A DNA stretch of 64,000 nucleotides, taken from the NCBI GenBank assembly GCA_964016885.1, contig OZ024743.1, positions 316,634,001-316,698,000 of the forward strand. Reading direction: 5' to 3'. The translations under genes and the position numbers were made by a program. The notes beneath the pieces were generated by a model. That model was not told the origin of the DNA. It made no database searches and worked only from the letters and a program-made list of their open reading frames with translations. The DNA comes from Eledone cirrhosa. Taxonomy: Eukaryota. Position 1 is the first letter of the stretch. Every line of letters begins with the position of its first letter. Below, piece by piece: positions 52,892 to 64,000 of this stretch.

Positions 52892-54099
52892 ATGGGTATT
52901 GGGTATATGTGAGTGTATGTGTGTATGGATGTGTCTGTATGTGAGTGTCTGGGCGTCTGTGTATGTATGTGAATGTCTGTGGTGAAAGCATGAAGTTTAT
53001 TGATTAGGATGTTCAGCTCATAATTGTATCTGCAATTGATCCCTGTGCAAGAAATGATGTATGTGTGTATGTATGTTGTATGTATATGTGTGTGTGTGTA
53101 TGTATGTGTGTATGCACACGTGAGTATGTATGTGTGTGTATATATGTATATATCTATATATATAATGTATACATGTGTGTGTGTGCACTGACAATTAAAT
53201 ACATAACCTTTATTTCATTTTGAACATCTTATTTTTGTAATGGGACGATATCCTTTTGTGCTCAACTTGTAGTAATTTTAAATTCAAATGTTTATGCTAG
53301 GGTTCTAAAAGCCGCAATTAAGTTACTTTGTTGTAATTATAACTGGGTGCTTCATTCACTGCAGTCAAATTTCACTCGGAAAGGTAACTTTCATCTCTGT
53401 TACATAACTAAAATATATATCAGTAATACTGAGGAACTAAAAAGGGTGGATGAACCCCTGAGTCAATAACCATCCACCTCAACAATGGGTTAAATAGCCT
53501 CACCAACTCACCTCCTCATCAGACCCTAATCTGGTGAAGAGAGTAAGTGGGACCCTAGCAGCACAAAATACAAGAGCTGTTAAAAGGGCAGATGAACTTC
53601 TCAGAGTCAATGACCATCCACCTCAACAATGGGTTAAATAGCCAACCAACCCAGTAATTGGTCAAACATGGTGAGTACAGTGACACCCTTGAAGACATGA
53701 CCAAAACGAAACAGAAAGTGGTGGAGGTCAACCAGGGAGGGGTTCCTCCAACATGAGTGAGAAGGCCCTGGATTAGATTGAATTACTGAGGCTGCTGTGA
53801 CATGATCACGCCTTACAATGCCCACAGCATAACATATATATATATGTTTATTATACATAAACATTGTACATGTTTTCATGTACATCTCTATTATGAAACA
53901 CATTGTGTTAGTGCTACTGTGAAACAATTTATATAGTGAATATTATTAACAAAAGAAACAAATCAATAAAAATTAATTAGAAGAAAAGAAAAGAAAAAAA
54001 CAAGATATACACGCTCAAATACACTACAGCAGAGGATGTTGGTTTTTCTCTCTATAAATGTTTGAGGTAAGCCTGGATACTCACAGCATTGTCATGGGT

Positions 54100-54525
54100 G
54101 ATAGCATGCCTGAAGCACCTGCAATAGCCAAATATCTTCACCACGAGCTTCAGTAAGTCCGGATAATAGCGAGTCTGGGGTGCTGGAATAGCCAAGTACC
54201 AGGAGCATAATTGATGTTTCAGTATGGCAGGGTAATAGCGAAGATAAGGTGATGGAATAGCCAACCTGTTACACCAGGAACACCTGATACTTCAGTAAAG
54301 CTGGGTAATAGCGAGACTAGGGTACTGAAATAGTCAAGTGCCCTCACTAGGAGCATTACCTGATACTTCAGTAAGTCCGAGTAATAGCGAGTCTAGGGTA
54401 CTGAAATAGTCAAGTAACTTTACCAGGAGCATAACCGATGCTTCAGTATGGCAGGGTAATAGCGAGGCTAAAGTTGTGGAATAGTCGAGTACCATTACAA
54501 GGAACATCACCTGATACTTCAATAG
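54100..54525. repeat. Degenerate ~70-bp tandem repeat, about six units
   Basis: Recurrent CTGATACTTCAGTA..GGTAATAGCGAG..GAATAG.CAAG. Confidence 0.75.
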
Positions 54526-57295
54526 GGCAATCTACCAACAATGGCAGGACCCTCGTCAGCAGCCCAGCTCTCAAATACATCCCAAATGGCATGGATCGAA
54601 AAATATAGTTTACCAATAAACCACAGTATTTCAGAAGTTTATTCTGTTGAGCTTCTGAGTTGTTTCTAAACACAAACCCTACAAGAAAGAAAAAAAAAAT
54701 ACATCAACCTCATGTCTTATGAAAATAAAAGGGAAAATTCTTTTTTTTTATATATATATATTTTGATTCTCATTTGTATTTTTTTTATTCATTTTCCTCC
54801 CCGCAAAAAATGTCCACAAAACCTTTTAATTTTATCACAGATTCTGCTGAATATTTGAAATAAAAATTTTATTTTTATTTTATTTATAAAATTTTAAACA
54901 CCGATCTGTTTGAAGTGTGTAGTAACAGATAAATCTTTCAGCTTTTGATTAAATTATTTTTTTGTGTGTCTGTATCTTAGATTTAAAAATTTAAAAAAAT
55001 AAACAATTTCAATATACTATGGAATTGACAGAATTTTAGAAATATTGCTCAGTTCATTTTTGACTTTTGACATGTAAAGTTGTTTTTATGAAAATCCAGT
55101 GTAATATTTACCATTTTCTTCAAAGTTCATAGCAATGCTTCATATTGTTGGAATAACAACCTTGTTATCACAGAAAATACTGTTTTGGTTCCATGCCACT
55201 ACTTATTGCCAATTTTTGGTTCAGATAATAAAACCATCAAAAGTACAAAGAATGTGTGCGTATTTGTGTATGTGTGTGACAGAATGGTTAAAGAGCTTGG
55301 TTCACAACGATAAGGTCCCAAGTTTGATCTCACTTCATGGTATCTGGGGAAAGTATCATTTATTGGTCTTGGATCAACACAAGAGTTGTAAGTGAAAATT
55401 AGAATAGACAGGCACTGGAATCCTGCTGGATAGTCAGACTATATGTAATTCAAAGAGCCAGCCTTGTCATACAGTGTCTTGCTGAATTTCTGAGAATTAG
55501 GTTATGGATATATATGTGAAGGCGCATGATCTGGTGGTGTGTTCAACTTGCGATCATAATGTCATGGGTTCAATTCCTGGACTGGCTTGTGTGTTGTGTT
55601 CATGAGCAAAACGCTTCATTTCACATTGCTCCAGTATACTCAGCTGAAAATGAGTACCAAGAATAGCTGGGGGTTTAACCTTGTGATGGACCAATATCCT
55701 GTCCATGGGGAATCCTGTATTCTCAGTTGCTTCATGCCACAGAGACTGGGATAAGCAGCAGTCTGATGAGCCTCTGGGCTCGTGACTGACTTTAGACCAT
55801 ATGTGTGTGGAATTATCAGCTACTTGTATGTTAATTTCACAAACAAGCTTTTTCTGTTGATGGAATCAACTGGAACACTAGCCATCAAAACTAACAGATA
55901 TCCATTCTATGTGGTTGTGTGTATGTGTGTTTGAATATGTGAATTGTGTTGTAATAAGAAGTTTAGAGTGTATGTGTGTGTGTCTTCTGAATTGTGTTGT
56001 CAGAAAGTTTATGGTTCTAAGCACTTGAAGCTTTAATACCCTAAGTTCAAATCTTGGTTCACCTAGTGTGATATGTCCCTTGGTAAGGCACATCATACCT
56101 TCATTAGTTACAACTTCTGGTATGTAAATATTGAAATTTAAATGTGTTTGTGAAAGCATCATCATCAAGTGGGTTAGTGGTTAATGTGTTCCATTCAAAG
56201 GGGCTAGTCATGTAACACAGTGTGTCATGCTGAATCTCTCTGGGAACTACATTAAGGGCACATGTGTCTATTGAATGCTCAGTTACACATTAATTTCATG
56301 AGTAGGCTGTTCTGTTGATCAAATAACTAACACTCATTGTCAGAAAAGACAGAAGTCCAACATCTGTATATGTAGAGAGGAAATTAGAGTTCTGTAAAAG
56401 TTCTGTTCTGTTTGGACTTACATATGGTTCTATAAATGTGATTTTTCTTTGTAGAAATGTTTTTTTATTGGTTTTTTTTTTTTGTCATTTGGTGACAGTG
56501 TGGGGCTTAGTGGTTAGAGAATTGGATTTGCAATCATGAGGTTGTGAGTTCAATTCCTAGACCAGGCGATGTGTTATGTCCTTGAACAAGACACTGTATT
56601 TCACATTGCTCTTTCTGCCAGTATCAGTATTGGAAAGACCAATGGAAACATTGTTTCCTTGGTCCAGTTTGATGAGTTCCACCCCACTCAGTAAACAAAT
56701 GAGGTCTAGGAACTTGTCGATTGATTCAATCTATCGGTGTCTGTAGCTATAATATTTCAACATAATGGTTCAAGTAAAAGAAATCGTTAATATGTCATCT
56801 GGTCCCTCCACCTCACAGCAATGGGCCACTTTTAATGGTTTCTATGTTGAGCAAGTCTTTTTACGGGGTAGCAGTACCAGCCCTATACCCAACCTTCCGG
56901 CTTTCTCAACCTGGCTTAGGACAATCTATGGTGGAGTTTTAATATAAGTATTATATTTGAAAATAATAAGTACTGGGGTTAATATGATCAATGAAATCCT
57001 TTCAAAATGGTACCCCAGCATGGCCACAGTCTAATGAGTGAAACAGTAAAATAATGAAAGAATAAGGAATACATGTGAGAGGTCACATTAGGTGGCAATC
57101 TTCCAGTGAACTACGGTTGCATTCTAGCTTTAATTAATTGTCATTTGTTTTGGGTTTTTTTGTACATAGCATCATCCATCATCATCATAAACATGATATA
57201 TACCCAACTATAGTGTATACTGTATATATATATATGTTTGTGTGTATGTATGTAAAAGGTTAACAGAAATAACAACACAATCGGTACAGATATAC

Positions 57296-57878
57296 TATAA
57301 TAATAATGAAATATTATGTACAGTGCTCAGGTGCACTACAACTCATCAAAAAGTGTATGTATAGTACATAGGGTAATGTACAAACGTCAGGAAAATGAAC
57401 AGTGCATGAGTCATGATATACACGTGTGCATGTATATGGGAGGGGTACATCAGGTGTAGTTTTGGCAAATTTCGGGAAACATGAGGGTTTTAAAGGATGC
57501 AGTGTCTCGGCAACTAACAACTGACACAGGCAGTTTGTTCCATGCTTCAGCAACTCTAAGCGTGAAGAAATGTTTCCGAAAGTCATGGGAGCTGTGCTGT
57601 TTTCTGACTTTGTAGGCATGTCCACGTGTGTTAGACACATGGAGATCAAAAAGGTGCTCAGGGTTGTTGTTGGCGAGATGGTTAATAACTTTGTGGGTGT
57701 TTACCAAGTCCATTGCCAGACCTCGGAGCTTCAATGAATCCATGCCTAGGGAAGCAAGGCGTTCAGAGTATGGTAGGTGTCTGATGGAGGGTATGCGCTT
57801 GGTTGCACGTCTTTGAACAGTTTCCAGGAGGTTCATGTTCTGAGCAAGATAGGGGTTCCAGACTGATGATGCGAATTC
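57296..57878 (-). mobile_element. CR1-clade LINE 3' end
   Basis: LETVQRRATKRIP..YSERL..L..TRGHAYKV..RKHFFTLRVAEAWNKLP, followed by a short 3' UTR and (ATT)n tail. Confidence 0.9.
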
Positions 57879-57879
57879 T

Positions 57880-59176
57880 GTATATATATATTCAATGAAA
57901 TACCAATATACCCAACTATAGTGTATATTGTGTATATATTCAATGAAATACCAAGATACTCAACTATAGTATATATTGTGTCTATACTGTATTCAATGAA
58001 ATACCAATATACCCAACTATAGTTTATATTGTATATATATCACATGAAATACTAGTATACCAAACTATAGTGTATATTGTATATATATCACATGAAATAC
58101 CAGTATACCCAACTATAGTGTATATTGTATATATTTCACATGAAATACCAGTATACCCTACTATAGTGTATATTGTATATATATCACATGAAATACCAGT
58201 ATACCCAACTATAGTGTATATTGTGTATATATATCACATGAAATACCAATATACCCAACTATAGTGTATATTGTATATATATTTCATATGAAATACCAGT
58301 ATACCCAACTATAGTGTATATTGTATATATATTTCACATGAAATACCTATGTACCCAACTATAGTGTATATTGTATATATATCACATGAAATACCAGTAT
58401 ACCCAACTATAGTGTATATTGGGTATATATATTCAATAAAATACCAATATACCCAACTATAGTGTATATTGTATATATATCACATGAAATACCAATATAC
58501 CCAACTATAGTGTATATTGTATATATTTCACATGAAATACCTATATACCCAACTATAGTGTATATTGTATATATATCACATGAAATACCTATATACCCAA
58601 CTATAGTGTATATTGGGTATATATTCAATGAAATACCTATATACCCAACTATAGTATATATTGTATATATATATCACATGAAATACCAGTATACCCAACT
58701 ATAGTATATATTGTATATATATATCACATGAAATACCAGTATACCCAACTATAGTGTATATTGTATATATATCACATGAAATACCAGTATACCCAACTAT
58801 AGTGTATATTGGGTATATATATTCAATGAAATACCTATATACCCAACTATAGTGTATATTGGGTATATATATTCAATGAAATACCAATATACCCAACTAT
58901 AGTGTATATTGTATATATATCACATGAAATACCTATATACCAAACTATAGTGTATATTGGGTATATATATCACATGAAATACCAGTATACCCAACTATAG
59001 TGTATATTGTGTATATATATCACATGAAATACCAATATACCCAACTATAGTGTATATTGTATATATATTCAATGAAATACTTATATACCCAACTATAGTG
59101 TATATTGGGTAAATATTTTCAATGAAATACCTATATACCCAACTATAGTGTATATTGGGTATATATTCAATGAAAT
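57880..59176. repeat. ~45-48-bp minisatellite, ~28 copies
   Basis: Unit CACATGAAATACCAGTATACCCAACTATAGTGTATATTG(TA)n; one orphan unit at ~57195-57235 lies on the far side of the CR1. Confidence 0.95.
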
Positions 59177-60285
59177 ATGTTGTGAGCTGTAATAAATAAT
59201 TATGAGATGAATCCCAGCCAATTGTCATGTAATTTGTTAGTTAATTAAACCCTTTTATTACAGTATTTCTTACAAAATACTCTGCCTGTGTATTTTAAAT
59301 AATTATGAAAATAGGAACAGTTAGGATAATATAAAAGGTATTGGATATAAAGTGAAAAGAGGAAAATGTCATGACACTTAACACCACTGTATATGGTCTG
59401 CTATCTTGACTAAACCAGAAATTAAGATTAATCCTGGGGGAGAAGATGATAAGAATAATAATGGTTTCTAATTTAGGCACAAGGGGAGACTCAATTAAAT
59501 CAACTCCAGTGCATTACTGGTACTTTATTTTACTGACTTCATAAGGATGAAAGGCAAAACTAACATTGGCAGGATTCAAACTCAGAACAAAGCGACATAA
59601 CTCTATGCCACAAAGCATGTCCGACAATCTACTGGTACTGCCAATCCACCACCCTCTTCAACGATAATGATAATAATAATTGTTACTCAGCATGGTACCT
59701 CGTTTGCATATGTGTGCACTTGCACACACACACACACACATACATACTTGTACTCAAACACATGTTTTAATAAGTGTCTGTGTGAAAACACAAACACATG
59801 TACGTTTCTGTGCTAGAACACACATTTATGTGTGTGTTTGTGTACAAGAATACACAAACAACACATGGTTATCTATTTGATTATGTGTAACACCATAAAG
59901 ATGTTTATTTATGTGGGTGAGAACAACACATGTACAGATAGTTGCATCCATATAAAACTCTTGAAAATCTTATATTCATTATCAAAGTGATAAACTTATG
60001 CTCCATTCATAAAAGTATGCTTCATTCATCTTTCATCAAAATTTATATATATAATATATATATACACACATATATAAATATATACATATATATGTGTGTC
60101 TGTATGAATGTATGTATATATATATATATATATCAGAAATATCATTGTTGTGTATTGGACAGATATGAGGTCCTACATTCCATTTTCATGTAGATGTTAT
60201 TGATAAATGTGTGAATTTTGTTTTCGCTTCCTCAGTGGAACAGTTTCATTAATGTTTTGTAATGTCCCTGAGAAGGGCATCACTA

Positions 60286-60358
60286 TCATTTCTCATGAAC
60301 CGACTTCCTCCTCAATAAACCTGAGGTATTGAGTCCTTCTAGGAACTCATATAAACCA
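60286..60358 (-). CDS. Possible terminal coding exon of an unidentified minus-strand gene
   Basis: ccttttattgacag|T GGT TTA TAT GAG...AAA TGA encodes GLYEFLEGLNTSGLLRRKSVHEK*. Unique, protein-like sequence, but no family recognised. Confidence 0.3.
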
Positions 60359-61583
60359 CTGTCAATAAAAGGACATTTGAGTTCTTGTTGTTGTTATTTA
60401 TTGGGTCTTTTCAGTTTGTTGTCATGTTTCTATGATTGTTTTTTGTTTACAAATTAATTAACAATTTCATGGCCATATTTCTAATGAAAGAAACTACCTA
60501 TGAGTTTCAAATAATTTGAGAAAATAATCAAGTATTTGGAGAGATTGAATAATACAACTAACTTTCTCACTATCAAACAGATGCTTGGGACATAACCTAA
60601 CAAAGATTCTTACATTAAATTATAATAGTTTCTACTTTTGGCACAAGGCCAGCAATTATTCCAGTGTATTATTGGTGCTTTATTTTATCGACCCCGTAAC
60701 GATGAAAGGCAAAGTTAACCTCAGCGGGATTTGAACTCAGATCATAAAGGGCTGTAACTCTATGCTGCAAAGCATGGCATCCGACCATCCACTGATACTG
60801 CCAATCCACTGCCTTACATAAAATTATAATGAAAGGTTTTTAGATAAATCATAAAATGCTGATGAGGATATGGTCGTGTTGGTGAAACAACAAAAAGCAC
60901 CCAGTCTAACCTGTTATTTGGTTGTTTTGGTGCCACAATAAAAAGTGCCCAGCCCACACAGTAAATGTGGTTGACATTAGGAAGGGCATCCACCTGTAGA
61001 AACCAAGCCAGAAACAGTTCTGTATGAGCAAGACACAGTCACCTGGTCTCACAATGGGACAACTCGTCTAACCCATGCTAGCATGGAAAATGGACATTTT
61101 GGATGATGATGATAAATATTTTAAAATAAGCAACTAAGTATCTAAAGGGTTAGACATTACCAACCATCTTCAGTGGGTTATATTCATAATAGAGCAACCT
61201 TCAGTAATCCACTGATTTACCAATTATAAACTACCATTGTACAACCCATATCAGCATGGAAAGTCTAAAGTCTGTCACAAGCCTGGAGGCTCATTGGGCC
61301 AGTGCTAACCTCGATTTTCGTGGTGTGAAGAGACTGAATACAAGACTCACCCCTGGACAGTACACAAGTCCATTGCAGGGTTAAACCTCCATCTATTACT
61401 GGTACTCATTTTCAGCTGAGTATACTGGACCAACATGAAATGAAGTGTTTTGCTCAAGAACACAGCACACAACCCAGTCCAGGAATCGAACCCTCGGCAT
61501 TGTGGTTATAAGTCCAGCACCGTTACCACTAGGCTATGCGCCTCCATACATAGAATGCAGACATAAAATGATGAAACAATATT

Positions 61584-61652
61584 ACACTGGTCCTCGTCTG
61601 ATCACTGAAGTTATGCAATGTTAAACATGGTTAGTACCAGGATGGGAAAACT
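61584..61652 (+). pseudogene. 5S rRNA-derived fragment
   Basis: ACACTGGTCCTCGTCTGATCACTGAAGTTATGCAA..TGGTTAGTACCAGGATGGG follows the 5S internal control region (CTCGTCCGATC..GAAGTTAAGCA..GGTTAGTACTTGGATGGG), with CpG-type decay. Confidence 0.75.
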
Positions 61653-64000
61653 AGGCTCCATAAGCATCTACATTTGAGTCAATAAGGCAGCTCCTATGTG
61701 GTTACTCACTTGACCTGCTAGAAACAGCAGTCAAATTTTACTCAAATCACACATCACACCCTACTCTCTTTTTGAAAAAGACATTTTCTAAATAGAAGAT
61801 GGGTTGGCCAAGTCTAGAGTATATGTAACCATAGGTCAACTGAATTAAAGGTGATATGTGACTTATTAATAACCCACACTACTCAGAGGTGACATGTAAC
61901 CTAACAATAATAACCCATACACACATGGTATGGTATGGTCCCACAACTCATGAGGGATTCAGCATTTCTTGGGCCTTTTAAAACCTGGTGGAGCACATCC
62001 CCTCTCCAGGCCTGAGTACAGCAGATTTCTTCCAGAGAAGGATAGAGAGTGAGAGAATGGAAGTGAGAAAGAGATATAGAAGAAGAATCAACCCCAGTAT
62101 TAGATCGGTACTTGTTTTACCAATTTCAAATCAATGAAAGGAAAAGTTGATCTCAACTGTGTTTGAACTCAGAAAGCAGAGAGCCAGAACAAATACCACA
62201 AAGCATTCTATCCAACGTTCTAACGACCAATTTACTGTATTTACAAAAAAGCAAGCTTACAAACACTAGACAATAGATACAGTGAATAAGACAGTGTTCC
62301 AGCATGTCAACAATTCAACTCACAAGTGTATAACTCTTTTGATACCAAATCATCTGAAATAACCCCTGATTCTATGATACAAAATTTTATTTTAAAGTGG
62401 TTATATTTATCTAAAACCTTTCCATCATAATTTTATGTAAGAACCATCAGTAATAATGAGAAAGTTAATGATATTAAATCTCTCCGAATTTTTGATTATT
62501 TTCATAATTATTTAAAATACACAGGTAGAGTATTTTATAAGAAATACAATAATGAAAGGGTTAAATTAACTAACGAATTACATGACAATTGGCTGGGATT
62601 CATCTCATAATTATTTATTACAGCTCACAAGGTTTTCAATTTTATAAATAAATCAACTCTTGCTATACAGTTAATTATTCTCACTCTTGTTCAAAATAAC
62701 AAGTAATTCTCAGCTGATATGACTTGAGGCTAAGCAACAACAATTTTGAATAACAGTTCAAAATATAAACCAATCAGAGAGCTTCTTATGTATACACTCT
62801 GTGTAAAGGGTGACTACATAAAAGGCTTTTAGTTGATTATGTAAGAGGCTCTATCATTGGCTTGTATTTTTAGCTGTTGCTGTTTAGCCCCAGGTTAGTC
62901 CTGATGAAGTTAACCTATGAACGAAAGACATAACCTGGACTAACTGATATGCCCTTCTTCTGAAGGATGTGTTATACAAGTATGATTTAGCTGCTATTTG
63001 TAGTGAAGTGAGTAACCATATTAGAGCTGCCTCATTAATTCATATTTTTAACTGTTGAATGTTGTGATGTCATATGAAAATATTCCACCATAATGTTTGA
63101 AAATTAGAGTTATTTTAAGGAAGATGGTTCATATTTATAGTGTAACATATTGGTAAGTAATGTGTCCAAAATATCTTATTTTGTAATTTTTCAAAGAAAA
63201 CATTAGAAAAACTGTGGAGAAATAAAATATATTAAAATATAAAAAATTTCTCATTAAAAAGAATAAATAACTTAGTTTAAATATATTGATAGAAAGAACT
63301 ATTTTAATGATGTGAGGAAATTTTCAAATTTCAATTAAGAGTCTACAAAAATAGTACAGGGTTTAAGTGAAGTTCTGGAAAATGTATATATAAACACACA
63401 TTTATATATATATCATATTAATGAAGGCATATGGCTTAGTGGTTAGAGTGTCAGGCTTACAATTGTGAGGTTGTGTGTTCAAGTCCCAGACCAGGCTGTG
63501 TATTGTTCTTGAGCAAGACACATAGCTCCAGTTCACTCAGCTGTAGAAATGAGTTGCCTTTCCCTTAGACAACATTGGTGGCAAGGAGAGGGGAGGCTGG
63601 TATGCATGAGTAACTGCTGGTCTTCCACAAACAACATTGCCTGGACATGTGCCTTGGAGGGCAACTTTCTAGGTGCAAATCCCATGGTCACTGTTGACTG
63701 AAGAGGGTCTTTACCCTATATCACCATCATCATTTAACGTCTATTTTCCACATTTGCTGGGTTGTCACATTGAGACAAGTGAATATAGTTTTGTTTAATA
63801 AAACAATAAAGTAATGTTGTGCATATGTGATGGTGAAACTAGTATCCTCCACCTCTAACTAACTTATCCTCTGCCTCATGGTCTCAGCCGACAGGATGGA
63901 GAATATATTGCCCCAGAGGACAGTGAGGGTGACGTGCAAGAACAGCCACTCCACCTCGAGGGGCTCATACCTGCAAGCCGCCAACTTTGTTCTGATAGCA

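Noticed and set aside
55762-55790. CTGATGAGCC..GGCTC hammerhead-like start
   Set aside because: No GAAA core follows; it is part of a SINE 3' region.
60236-60325. 90-bp plus-strand AG..GT exon candidate
   Set aside because: It is open only in phase 2, incompatible with the phase-0 FLVCR donor, and overlaps an equally plausible minus-strand candidate.
62893-62945. CTGATGA..GAAA motif with an 8-bp stem I
   Set aside because: The cleavage triplet would be CUG, which is not NUH, and stem II is poorly formed; it looks like a decayed common repeat.

Overview
AT-rich, repeat-dominated eukaryotic DNA; the SINE, RTE-tail and microsatellite landscape points to an octopus (coleoid cephalopod) genome (inference). 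The only recognisable host gene is the 3' part of an FLVCR/SLC49-family MFS transporter on +: exons 9927-10032, 14776-14887 and 17894-17937, plus a candidate last exon at 46342. The rest is intronic or intergenic: Naiad-type Penelope-like elements (PLEs), RTE and CR1 LINE pieces, a DD37D (maT) deletion derivative, two Helitrons, TTAA MITEs, tRNA-derived SINEs, a 5S-derived segment and three large tandem arrays (21, 65 and ~46 bp units). The most striking structure is a recurring fold-back architecture: retroelement 3' ends duplicated head-to-head inside (TA)n tracts. The best case is a 1526-bp loop-less palindrome (50191-51716) whose arms each carry an intact 165-aa GIY-YIG endonuclease ORF and a minimal hammerhead ribozyme. 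A 400-bp ribozyme-only palindrome (9048-9447) sits in the FLVCR intron. Most long ORFs in the supplied track are repeat artefacts. All calls were made by eye; many repeat boundaries are approximate.
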